DNA of 64,000 nt, taken from positions 744,001 through 808,000 of the forward strand of contig CM039001.1 of assembly GCA_017499595.2 (NCBI GenBank), written 5' to 3'. Below are positions 28,792-40,826 of the stretch, one piece after another. The notes beneath the pieces were generated by a model. That model was not told the origin of the DNA. It did no database searches and saw nothing but the letters and a program-made list of their open reading frames with translations. The DNA comes from Psilocybe cubensis (lineage: Eukaryota). How positions within the stretch are numbered: position 1 is the first letter of the stretch; each line of letters starts with the position of its first letter. Made by a program: the position numbers and the translations under genes.

Positions 28792-30199
28792 TGTTGGTGT
28801 TGATGATATCTGCGTTGTCTTTAAGTCAGTATTTTTTATGGCTGTTAGAGTAGAAGCTGGAGATTGTACTCACAGTGCTAGACCGTGTCTGAACTGAGGA
28901 TTCAATATGCTGGGACGAGGTATTTATACTATTTTTTCTAGGTCTCTTGCAGCTCTTATGAGTCCAACCTGCCACAACGACAAGTGAGCGATAGTCTGCG
29001 AACCAGCTACAAGACTCATTTACACAACGTTGCTTGTCCGAAAGCAGCGATTATGAAGGGATATACCAAGTCTGAAGTTAGAAGAACGACTAGAAGTCAA
29101 ATCGGCGCCGCTGCTTCAATTGCATGCCTACCAACTCTTCTCAACACCGTATACCATTTATTTATTTAACTCTGATCATCATCCAATGATTAGTACATTT
29201 TATACAGTCTTCTAAGAACGTGAGTCCATCCAGTCACTATTCTGGAATTATAGTGACAGACACATTGACATTGCAGCCGCAAAGCTACAAAATTGTATGT
29301 AGTACTTATACTCTCATTTTGTTTCTTGCATTGATTAAATGTCCTACTCTGCATCACCATTGGGATACAAAGGTCTTCCATTACCTCTCAAGTGAATTAA
29401 TAATTTGACTGTGTACTCTGACGAGATTGGAGTGCAGCAAAGGGTCAGTGAAACTGAAAATGACCGCAAGCTCCAAATCAGGACCGGTAATTACCCGTCT
29501 ACTAGAAGTTCTGGTCTGGGAATTTAAGAGTAATTGGAAACGATGTCATATAGACATCACGCTCAAGGGCTCAAGGCAAAGGAAGAACAGAATGCACTAT
29601 TATGCTGCTAGACCTCTGCGCTGGGTCAGCTTCAGCATACTAAATTCAAGCTAATAATAAGGCTTGCTAATATATGAACCCGTGATTCTTACCCTCTCCA
29701 CAGCGCTCCTGGCCTCAACCCCAACTGATTCAGCTTTCTTCAAGCCATTTGAAGTATTACGTCTCTCTCTGTGTGCGTGCATGTGTGTGTACAGTATAGC
29801 ACATATATCAACAAGGATTATACTATACCAATACAATTCCAAACATAAAACAGAACTATAAAGATAGTCGACGTGAATGTGAATAAGTGGCATGAAGGGT
29901 AGTCGACGTGGTGGTGAATGAGTGACATGTCGTGTTAATCGGTTAAATTTCATATCACATGAAGTATGAGATAACGGAAATGAAATGACAAGTATTAGTT
30001 CGCGAACCAAAAATCGCGATGTTGTCGTACGCCAAGACGGGCGCTAAAGCGGTGTAACAACTTGCCAAGTCAAGCCTAAGCGAGCAATGACGTCACAAAC
30101 GCGGTCCGAGCCATGAGACGCGCAGTGCGCTAATGCATCGCGTCACATCGGTACGTGTAACAATCCAAACCCACACCCAAACCAAACCAAATTCAACCA

Positions 30200-30410
30200 T
30201 ACAACCCACCCAAAATGATGCAACCCCTTGCCCAAACGCTTTTTCGCTTTCGCGCAATGTGCCGGGTAGTAGGATACCCCTGTTTGCGCTGCCGCCGCCC
30301 ATATTCGCATTTTCGTTCCCGTTTATACACCTTTCCTGATTCTTCGACGCAAAGGGAAATGCAGATACAAAGTTAGAGGCAACGGAGGACTCGTTGAGCA
30401 GCGCGCTGGA
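30200..30410 (-). pseudogene. Truncated remnant of the 3' end of the 33335-35803 gene
   Basis: SALLNESSVAS...ANRGILLPGTLRESEKAFGQG aligns with GALLAESSSSSAS...ANRGIPTGTVRARARALGLG. It lies at the edge of duplication copy A and has no upstream exons. Confidence 0.65.
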
Positions 30411-30633
30411 GATTCTCAAAGGGGAGCTTATACCGGTCCAGCAACCAGTGGCAACACGCGCAAGCCATCCGCTGTTCTCTTTAGTCTCACTCTCACATAT
30501 TCCTTTGCAGGGTTACTTATACTTGAAGCATTTTTTTATATTGATATGAAAAGTTTAAGCTGGGCCATCTAGAACAACACATAGACAGTACCCAGCATAC
30601 ATTCCCCATCCTCGCGCAGGCGCGTGCGCGCGC

Positions 30634-30951
30634 TCACTCCTGGGCCGCATCTCTGCAGCAAAGGAACTTGTAGCCGGTCCAGCAGCACGCGCCGTCTCCA
30701 CAGCTTCCGCGGCCCTGTTCGGTGTATCCAGCTGGGCAGGACCCAGCGCAGAACGGCGCGGTGCCGTCCCAGTAGCAGCCTGGAGGCGCGGGGCCGTCTT
30801 CCTCTGCCTGGTGTCCGGCGGGCGAGTTTTGGAGGAGGTATTTGAGCGCGCTTCTCTCGTCGTTGGTGTTGGCGGAAACTGCTTTGGCGTTCTCAGCCGG
30901 GATGGCGAGGACGGAGGCGGCGAAGAGAGCGGCGAAGACGATGAATTTCAT
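30634..30951 (-). CDS. Small secreted Cys-rich peptide precursor 2 (8 Cys), paralog of 28486-28791
   Basis: MKFIVFAALFAASVLA...GCYWDGTAPFCAGSCPAGYTEQGRGSCGDGACCWTGYKFLCCRDAAQE; TATAAATA at 31086-31093. Confidence 0.9.
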   Translation of the reverse strand: MKFIVFAALFAASVLAIPAENAKAVSANTNDERSALKYLLQNSPAGHQAEEDGPAPPGCYWDGTAPFCAGSCPAGYTEQGRGSCGDGACCWTGYKFLCCRDAAQE

Positions 30952-32639
30952 TGTTGGTGATGATGTCTGCGTTGCCAGGCGGGATTGAAGTCAATATGTT
31001 GTATGACTGTTAGAGTCGATGCTGGAGATTGTACTCACAGTGCTAGACGGTGTCTGAACTGAGGATTCAATGAGTTTGGACGAGGTATTTATACCATTTT
31101 CTCTACCTCCAACTACAAGAGTCAGCTACAGGAAAGAGTTCAATGCCGTCAGTGTACCTGTCTTCTGGCAATTCTCACAGAACCATCTGCGGCGGTCCTT
31201 CATCACAAGGCTCTTCCTGTCCTCGAAGTCGAAAAGAACGCTTCATGCATCTACTATCATTTCGATTCTAAGTTCTTTCGGCGGCGGCGGCATCCATTAT
31301 GTAGCTCAGGATACAAGCGGAGAAGGTACGGCACCGCAACTTTGTATATGTAATCGAAGATAGCAAAATGCAGCCACTGTTCGCAGGACACCACCGTTCT
31401 TGGTCGTTCAGATAAAATCAGGTAAAATTTGCCGCAGTGACCTAACATATCGATTATCATAATGATGATAATAAATAACACAAGTGAACATGCAGCAGCG
31501 CATCGTCAAGCAGCATTGCTCGTTACGCTGAGAAAACATCCTGCCTTAAGATCCTTGTTCGAAAGAAACGATTATGAAGTCATACATACACTAAGTCTGA
31601 GTCTGAGCTTACAAGACCTTTAACGACTAGAAGCCTGAGAATGATCGGCGCCGCTGCGTTGCTTCAAGTGCATGCATGCATACATATACCAACTTTGCTC
31701 AACGCTGAATTCAAATTTATATAATTACGATCATCCATTCAATGAATTGCGTATTATATATTACTACACAGACTTCCGAACGAGTTTTTCCAGTCTTGAT
31801 TCTGGAATTATAATGGAAAGGCACATTGACATTGCATTCACAAACTTGTCAATGAACCCACAAGAGTGCAAGTACTAGTAGTACTTACACGTTCTTTCTG
31901 TTTCTTGCTCTGATGCATTACTAGTACAATCAAAATAATACAAAGACCTTCCATTACCTCTTCAATATATTAAATTTTTGACTTTAATTTGATGCTGGGG
32001 CGCGGCAGCAAACGGATAAATGAAAGTGAAATTGAAAGTGGCCGCGGCAAGCTCGGAACAGGATTGGCGGTTTACTAGGACTAGGAGCCTAGCTCGAGCG
32101 TCGAGCGTCGAGCCTCGGGAATTTGAGCGTCATTGGAAAGGGTGCCGTAGGACCCTAGAGTCATAAACACCAAGCCCGTGCCCATGCCCACGCTCAAGGG
32201 TTCAAACATTCAAACGTTCGAATATCCAAGCTTCAATCTTCAAGCTTCAAATTCAAGGCGGAGGAAGGACATAGAAGGAAGGACATAAAGCACCATCACT
32301 ATTGTGCTGCTAGATCGCTGCGCCGGGTCAACCCCGACTTGCAAAATCCAAGTTAACACTAATCAGGATTGCCGATATACGACCGTCTCGCGGTCGGTCG
32401 GTGCTTCGAATAGTGTAACTCCTTCATGCTGACCTTGCATTGAGCCGCTAGCTTCACATCACACATACACACTCTCTCTATCTCTCTTTGGGTATGTATG
32501 AGCGTGAGCAGTTCAACGCATGTAATGACAAAAATTTTATTGTACTATAACAATACAAATCCAAATATAAAAAGACATAAAGAGAGTCGTAGATTCTGTT
32601 ATTATTTGAGCATTTCAAGTTCAATACATATAGCAATCC

Positions 32640-32790
32640 AAGAGAGAGAGAAAGAGAGAGAGAGAAAATCCATATCCACAAGAAAAATTCAAAAAAAGGT
32701 GTCAACGTCAATGTAAACGTAAAAGTGAATGTAAAAGTAAACGTAAATGTAGATGTGAGTAAGTGAGTGAGTGAGTGAGTGAGTGACATA
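32640..32790. repeat. Compound microsatellite (GA)n / gtaaaN hexamers / (GTGA)n
   Basis: Visible directly in the sequence. Confidence 0.85.
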
Positions 32791-33334
32791 TCGTATTCAT
32801 CGATCAAGTTCCAGTGTCAGTTCCATAACATATATCATACACCTTGAAGTACCAAGTCGATGAGCCGATGAATGAAATGAGTGTATGCGGCGTTCCGTTG
32901 TAGTTGTGGTTGTAGCTGCAGGTGAGTTTGAGTTGGGTCCGAGACGTTAACGTCGATGTCGATGCACCTTCACATCTCGAATCCCAGATTCGCATGCCCG
33001 CAAGTCCGCAAATGGGACGAAGTCGAGGACGAGTCGCTTTGACCAACAGTTGACGGGCGCTAAAGCCTAAAGCGGCGTGACAAGCCAAGTGACCAAAGCC
33101 AAGGCTTGAGCTAAGCGCTAGGCGATCAATGACATGACGTCACAAACGCGCTCATCGCGTCGCGCAGGTACGCGCAGGTACGCGCAACAAATCCAAACGC
33201 CAGCAGCACACCCGACCATCCCCCCCAATCCCCCCAATCCCAACCACCCAACTATCCCCCCAGAAACCCAAACCCAAAAAATCAACCATACAACCACCAC
33301 CACAAGAAAAAATTTAACCGGCACATTTACAAAT

Positions 33335-35803
33335 TTACAACGTCTCCCCGTCCACACTAGACGAAACGACCTCGCCTAACCCTAACGCTCTTGCGCGCGC
33401 GCGGACTGTGCCGGTTGGGATGCCCCTGTTCGCGTTTGCGTCCTTTTTCTTTGTAGCACCAGTACCAGTACCAGTTCCATGCACAGAGGCGGAAGAGGAA
33501 GATGATTCAGCGAGCAGTGCACCACCCCCTGAGCCTGAGCCTAAACCCGAACGCCGCGTCGGACTCCGTGTCGGACTCCGCGAATGCGAATGCGACATGA
33601 TACGGACTTCGACTGCAACTTGTCTTCCTTTTCTTTTGTCTTTTGAGTTTCCGGGTGAAGATGGTGCGGCAGTGTGGGTGTGGGTGTGGGTGTTGGCGCT
33701 GACGCCGAACATGGGACGCGTGCGCGTGCGGGATCGGGTGCGTGAGCGGGATCTGGATTTTCTTTCGTCTTCTTCTCCTCCTTCGTCTTCGTCTTCTTCT
33801 TCTTCTTGCTGCTGCTGCTGCTGCTGTTGTTGTTGTTCATCCCCCTCTTCTTCTTCTTCTTCTTCTTCCTGACGCAACTCGACGAACCTCGCCTTCGCTT
33901 TCGCTCGGCTAGTTTCACGCTTGTTATCGACATCGGTATCGGTGTCGGTGTCGACTGTAGCTTTCGACTTGTGTTTCGGGTTCACTCTGCCTTTCCCTTT
34001 GGCTTTGGCTTTGGCTTTGAGTGTTGCATTGGCATTGGCGCTGGCGCTAGTTTTTGCATTTCCCTTCCCATTGTCGTTCTCGTTTCCCACAACTTTCCGC
34101 AAAGGCGAAGGCGAGACGAAGATCGTACTTTCCTCCTCCTCTTCCTCCTCTTCTTCCTCCTCCTCCTCCGCCATTGGCTTTGCAGCTGTCTTGGATTTGG
34201 ACTTTGCGCTTGGTTTACGCGCTGCCTCGTCCTCGTCTACGTCCATCTGTGTCCCGTCCGCCATCTCCACATCCCCTTCCCCGTCATCCCCTTGATTTTC
34301 CTCCTCTTCCTCTTCTTCAACAGCAGCAGCAGAATTAGCACCGCCTTTCACCCGCTTCGCAGGCCTTGCTCGTCCATGTGTACCCAGCTCCTGCTCGTCT
34401 TTATCATTTGCATTCGCATTTGCATTGGCATTGGCTTTAGCTTTTCCCTTCCCTGGACCCTTGATAACACGCACACCAGCTTCCTCGCCCTGCGCGAGCA
34501 TCATAGGCGCGGTGCTTATCACGCGCTTCCGCTTGCTCTTCTGTTGTTGCGGGGCGGGGGTACTAGCGCTCTCATCCTCTTCCGCGTCTCCACTTCCACG
34601 CGCGCGCCCTCGTCCGCGCCCACGCGCACTAATACTAACACTGGCGCTGACACTCGACTCGCCCGATACATTCGTAGCGCTCGATACAGGCTTGCTTCTC
34701 ACCCCCCCGCTCCCACCAGAAGCAGCATTAACCCCCCTTCCAAAAATCTCCATATGCAGCGCAGAGCTCCCGGCGCTCTGGCGCTTCACATGTCTCCTCC
34801 GCGGACTCCTGCTCCTGCTCTTGCTTCTGCTTGGAAGTGCGGGTGGGTCGTGGCAGCGGAGTTTGGCGCATGGTGTGAGTTTGTCGTCGGTAGGTGTCGA
34901 GTCGGCGCGGAAGCGCGCGCGTTTGGTGTCGGTCTGGTTTTGAGTGTGTATAAATAGATGATAGGGGTGTTGTATGTAAGGTAACGTAATATGTCATTTG
35001 GGAGATTAGGGTGAATGAATGGACAATGGACAATAGGTGACGGGATGGATGGACGGAGACAAGGGGCGCATACAGAGTAATGAATGAGCGAAATGTCCAG
35101 GAACAAAGCGGGAGAGTAAGTGAGGACGTACCGTATGCGGACCCTCGTAGCACCATCCATCAGGCGGACCCATATCGCCCTCGCCCTCGACAGTCTTATT
35201 GCAGCACGTATACAGAGTTTCATATTCACTCCCACTGCCGACGCGGACGCGCTCGACAATGGCGCTGTCGTCGTCGTGGGGGACGCGGCACGCGGTGTCC
35301 CCGTTCTCCAACGCGAAAAAGGCGGCGTGGCAGCGCACGCAATGGAGCTTGGGGGGTGGGCGGAGATCGGCGAAGAATTTGGATAGGTGGGATAGTGTTT
35401 CTGGGGGTGGGGGTGCGGGGGCGTTGGGTTTGCGGATTGAGGCGGCGGCGGCGAAGGAGGAAAGGGAGGCGGGGCTGTTGGGGTTTGGGAGCTGGTATGG
35501 GGAGGAGGGGACGGAGGAGGCGGGGAAGGGGAAGGGCGTTGGTGGAGGCGGGCAGAGGTGGGCGAGGGTGTATTCGTGCAGGGTCTGCGGAGGGACGGAG
35601 GCGACGAGGGCGAAGAGAGCGGTTGGAGAGGTCACGCGCTCTGGCTCGTCATCGTGCTCTTCGGGTTGGGGCGAGGGTGTGTCTGTGGGCCCTGGAGGGG
35701 GTGGGGAGAGTGTGGATGGGTCGATGTCGAGCGAGGGCGATGGAGTGTGTAGCTGCTGGTGGTGGTTAGGCGCAGCAGGCTTTCTGGAGAAGAAGGAAAA
35801 CAT
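33335..35803 (-). CDS. Hypothetical protein (~756 aa) with a Cys/His putative metal-binding core and a long low-complexity C-terminus
   Basis: Exon 1 35803-35132 (HCVRCH...ACRVPHDD...TCC...WCYEGPHT), GT-AG intron 35131-34934, exon 2 TDTKRARFRADST...PCAKLRC continuing in frame into ORF 33335..34789. Confidence 0.8.
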
Positions 35804-36188
35804 GAAGATGGGAGTATGATAGTTCAGTACGCAGTATAGATAGCCGGAATCAAAATGCGAAAATGCTCTCCCCTCGAGGCGTCCCTCTTTTTTTCGCACG
35901 CGGCTACGCCTTTCATCAGTCATGTGATCACAACATACAGCACACCACGCGGCCCCGTCCTGCTTCGCCGTAGCCTCAAACGCAACGCGTCCACAGCGAG
36001 GCGGCAGGCTATGAGAAATTCGGCGTCTATGGGTCCACGGCGATACCCGAAAAGAACCTTTCCTTTCACCTCCACGCTTTTTTCATCGATCACACTATCT
36101 TTATCTTTATCTTATCCCTTTATGCAACAGCAATTCCTTTGACGCTTACACTCCCTTGATCATTATACGATTAACCCAGGCGTATACC

Positions 36189-39100
36189 ATGGACAACGAT
36201 CCTCCCAGCTCACAACCCGCCCCTCCCCCGCAACAGCAAAAACAAGCTGACCCTCCTTCCCAACGTTTCCCCCCTTTCCCGCCACCCCCGCCCTCTGCCG
36301 GCTATATAATCCCATTCTCCAAGTTCAAAGAACACGGCATCCAGATCTTCGCTGACCCACTCACAGGCGCCGAACTCGACGGCCTGGGCATACCCACCGT
36401 CCGCCTGCGCGTGCCCCACGACACCGACGAATGCAAATCCAACGCAGGACGCATACGCGCGGAGATGAAAGCCAAAGCCAAAGCCGACGGCGACGGCGAC
36501 AACGCAGACGAAGAAGACAAAGATGAAGGTGAAGAAGAACCCACCGACAAAGGCAAAAAGAAGAAAAAGAAAAAGAAAAAACCTACCATGTCGTACTCGA
36601 ACAGGAACAGGAAGAACGTCGCGCTCCCCGTTGACCTCTCCAGCATCTCAGACCCGATCGCCCGCGCACAGGAGCAGCGCCGCCAGCGGCTCATGCTCTT
36701 CGCCAAACAGGAGTGGTGGGAGCAATGGGCTGCCGGCGAGGATCTGCGCAAGGGCAGACCCGTCTACGATACGTGCGTCGCCTCGCTCGCATTTCCGCAC
36801 CACCGTCTGACTTACTTTAAATGTATAGATCCCTCCCACCGACAGACCGCATCCACATGGCAGCAACCGACTTCCGCACAGGGCGTATATGGCCACCCGC
36901 CGCATCCGGCGGCCTCCAACTGCGCTACCTCTGGGAGCAATTCCGCTTGTACGCCGGCCTCCTCGGATCCACCCCCGTCTGGCGCCGCACAGACATCGCC
37001 CCGGCCCCATCATCCACAGTCGAAGTTGACGGAGACGATGACCAAGATGGCGGAGATGGAGATGGAGATGGCGGAGCGGATGATGATGAAGAGGACGATG
37101 AAGAAGCGTTCGAGCGCGATGCGATGGCGTCTGGCGTGCGCAACCCGTTCCTGCCTCCCAAACCGCGTCGTGAGCCAAAGGAAAAGGCGAAGCCTAGACC
37201 ACGCCCCTTCGACTCCGATTTCAACGACGACGACGAGGAAGATGAAGAGCGGGACGACATAGACCACGACGCGCCGCTCCCGACGTACCCGCAGAACCAG
37301 ATCCCGCGCGGCAAATACAAGCGGATCCCACCCCGCGCGCCATACGCGCTACTTAACACAAAACCCATCGAGATCCCTTACATCCCCCCCTCCTCCCTCT
37401 CCTCCTCCCTCTCCACACCCCCGCAGCGCAACGACGACCTCGCCTCAACGCAAATTACCCTCCTCCTCTCCCTCGCCGTCTCCCTCCGCCACATCCGCCT
37501 CACCGCCTTCCTCCGCGACCCCGCGCGCGTGATTAGGGAGTTTTTGAGTAGCTATTTGTATACCCAGGGACTGGTGTATGGTGCGCCGGGAAGGATGATG
37601 GGTGTTGGGAGGCTTGTGCTGTTTTTTATCGAGTTTGTCGTGAGAGTTGGTGCGTTGAAGGAGGATACGGGTGGTGGTGGGCATTCCCTTCCTCTTGGCT
37701 CTAGTGTGCTCGGTAGCGGCGGCGGCGGCGGTACTGCTACTACCGGCTCAGGCAGAAAAGGCGAAACGCGCCGCCCCAAACCCTCATCCAAATCCCACAC
37801 CACCGGCTCTGCAGGTGCAAGCACAAGCGCGATGGAGCGTGAATTCATGAAAGCGGCGGATGTAGCCCGGCGCGCGGTGAGCGAGATCCCCAAGGCGGGG
37901 TGGGTCGTGAGGGTGTGTCCGGATGTGGTGGGCAGGGGGTGCGAGGTGATTTGGGGGCGGGTGTGGGTTGAGGATGCGTGGTGGGGCGGGGATAAGGGTG
38001 GTGGAGGAGGAGGAGGAGGTGCGGGTGCTGTTGAGGAAACCGACGCTGCTGGAGATGTGTCTGCGAGCAAAGCAGAGGAGCAGGTAGATGTAGAGGCACA
38101 GGTGGAGGAAGCGGGAGAAAAGGCACCGCATAATGAAGAAGACGAGGACGAGGAGACGCGCATGAAGAGATTCGAAGACGAGCTGCGTGCTGCGAATGTG
38201 CAGCTTGTAAGCGCGGACCCGCTCGAGCTCGGCGTGCCGCCCGAAGTGGACGGTGTCGTCGTCGGGTCCACATCCACCGCCGCGTCGCAGGGCGCTGAGA
38301 CCAAAGAGCAGGAACAGAATGTTGGAGGAGAGGAGGAGGAGGAGTATACGCTGGATGATGTAGTTGATGCACAGGCGTTGGTTGCTGAGGGCGTTCGCGT
38401 GCGCGATCCGGAGGACGATGTGGATGGTGTTCCGGTTGTTGTTGTAGAGGAGGAGGGAGGGACAGCGCGAATTGAAGAAGTCGTCGATGAGCAGGTCGGA
38501 GAGATTTCGGGTATGAAGAAGGTGGTGTCTTTCGCTGATCCCAGCACCATCACCACCACCTCCTCCTCCTCCTCCTCCTCCTCCACCACCGCCGCTGACC
38601 AAAGCAAAAATCCCACCAATCCACCACCACACACACCAAAAGGGGATAACGACACCACCATCCGCCTCGAGGTTCAAAAATCGAGTGATGTCGCGAAAAA
38701 TTTCCATGTTGGGGATGTTTCTCCCACTGCGGATTTGGTTCCGTTGACGGAAGCACATGGTGGTGGTGGTGGTCGTGTGCGCGGAAATGGAGACGCGATC
38801 ACGAACGCCCCGGATGTGACCGAAAGCGTGATTAATGACGTCACGCGTTCTCTTCTTCCTACGGATCCTCCTACACCGACACGCAAGTCCAACCCCGCGC
38901 CGACTGTACATACCGCCTCTGAATCGAACTCGGACTCGGATACGTCCTCTGACGGGTTCTCAGATACAGATGACTGGACGCGGCTTCCTAACCCGCTCAA
39001 ATCGCGCTCGGAGAAGAAAACGGATGACGAGAAGGAGAAGGATAAACGGAACCCGTGGTTACCGCCTGCTGTACAGCCGCTGTTTGGTGTGCTGGGGAGT

Positions 39101-40177
39101 ATGTCGTTGTTTCCGGAGCGGTATAGGCCTGGAGGATGCGATGCGGATGTAGGGTGTGCAGAGCGGAGTGTGAGGCGGGTGAGGGAGGTTATACTTCCTC
39201 CCTCCTATTCCTCCTCCTCCTCCTCTTCCTCTGCCTTCAAAAACGCGGGGAATGGTGCTGAGAGCACACAGCCGCAATCAACAACACCAGCGAATACGAA
39301 AGGCGTGCCTGTCGCAGCGAGCGGCGTGGACGAGGCGCTCGCGGATGCGCTGGCGCGCGTTGTGTTGGAGCCGTGGATCGACTTTGACGATGCAGGCTGC
39401 GCAGGATCGTACATCACCCCGCGCACGCAAGGCCCACGCGCACTGCACCCCGACGAACTCGCTCTCGCGTCCGCACCGGACATCGCCCCTCGCGCGCTCG
39501 ACGACGACACAGGCGACCCGCTCCCGGACGCCGAGCAGCAGCCGCTGACGGCGGAGCAGGCAGCGAGGAAGGACGCGCAGAAGCGCGCGCGGCGGGTGGT
39601 GCATGAGCGGAAGAAGTACGCGCATGATCCGGGGAGGGATGCGATTTGTGTGCTGCTTGAGCCGCGGGTGGCGGAGGCGATGTGTGTGGGGATGGGGCTT
39701 GCGGGGACGTGGGTGCAGCTTGTGCCGGTGTATGTGCCGCCTCCGCCTGGGACCGACGGTGCTGCGCGGGGGAGGGGGCGCGGGAGGGGGAGAGGGAGGG
39801 GGAGGGCGACCCCGCGTGGAGGGCGCGGAGGCGGAGGCACAGGCGCACCCGCACCCGCACCGTTCATCCCCCCGAAACAGCCGACGTACTGGTACATCGA
39901 ACACCTGCATATGGCTGTACCGTCGTACTGGTCCGTGCCGCCGCCTTCGGCAGACGCGCCGGGCTCGCTGCTCGCGGAGGGCGAGGAGCTCGCGCGCATG
40001 TTCCGCGAGGCGGTGGAGAGGGGCGAAGGTGGTGTTGATGTGCGTGCGGGCAGGGGTAAGGGAGATGGCGCGCGTGCGGGGTCGAGGGACGATGCGGAGA
40101 GGATGGAGATGGCGATGGAGATTGAGCGGGAGATTATGATGCGCTTGGAGGAGGAGGAGGGGGACGACTTTGATTGA
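36189..40177 (+). CDS. Probable Arb1-like Argonaute siRNA chaperone subunit (~1310 aa, heavily expanded)
   Basis: Exons 36189-36772 and 36829-40177. Conserved-looking blocks recalled as Arb1-like: YDT|SLPPTDRI..A..DF; FLSSYL...FFIEFVVR; A.DVARRAVSEIP..CPDVVGRGC; VLEPW; GMGLAGTWVQL...WYIEHLHMAVPSYW. The CDS is clear; the product call is tentative. Confidence 0.55.
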
Positions 40178-40826
40178 TGGGGATTAAAAATGTTTGCTCC
40201 CTTGTGCTTTTTTCACTGCGATGCTTTGATCTGATATGTAGCGCTAAAAGTGTGTTGTTGTAGAATACTTGTACTGATATGGGTGCGTGTGTGTGTGTAA
40301 AGCTAAAGTTAAATTGTAAACTGTATATACTTGTACAATTCTCTCTGTAGTAGAAAAAATATCAATTGCTTGTATCCCTACATTGGCTTTCAGTTGATTT
40401 TTTGTGGCCTAGTCACACTGCGTCAAAGAATAGGCCCCGGGAATGGCTCCCCCTAGGGAGCTTGTCCGGAACACTAGGTGATTTTGGCCCTCAACAAAAT
40501 CCGCCAAAAACAGACCTACTCAGGGGCTCTTCCAAATAAGGAAAGTTTTCTGCCTTGCGGGGTGTCAACGTTGAACGCGTCGCGTTAAGACTGCTGACAT
40601 TGACAAATTTGTGGTAAAAAAAATACATCATGATCCCAATATTTAAGCACATATAGTAAATAGTAACGCCTCACAAGGTCGTTGCGGCGTCCATCCAGCA
40701 ATCTAAATCTAATCAAGCACTAACATCCACAACCGTACTTGCGTGATGGGTGTCTCAGAGGTATCAGAACACCACATGTTACATGTTCAATCCGGTACCA
40801 CAGCCCAAGTTGACCTTCAAGTGCTT

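Larger units (their letters stand above)
28330..33530. repeat. Diverged tandem segmental duplication: copy A ~28330-30410, copy B ~30500-33530
   Basis: Collinear matching blocks: cagggttacttatact; the peptide gene; atcggcgccgctgc; tctggaattata; ccattacctc; cgctcaaggg; gacgggcgctaaagc; tgacgtcacaaacgcg; caaccatacaacc. Confidence 0.88.

Noticed and set aside
33376..33386. CTAACCCTAAC, a perfect TTAGGG-type telomerase template, in a window that also has a LARP7-like gene
   Set aside because: It is the antisense of Leu-Gly-Leu-Gly codons in a low-complexity tail, is not retained in the duplicated copy (~30225-30240), and has no supporting structure.
33408..40139. Many long overlapping and antisense ORFs (poly-C, poly-L, poly-S)
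   Set aside because: Expected from GC-rich low-complexity sequence; two spliced genes explain the region.
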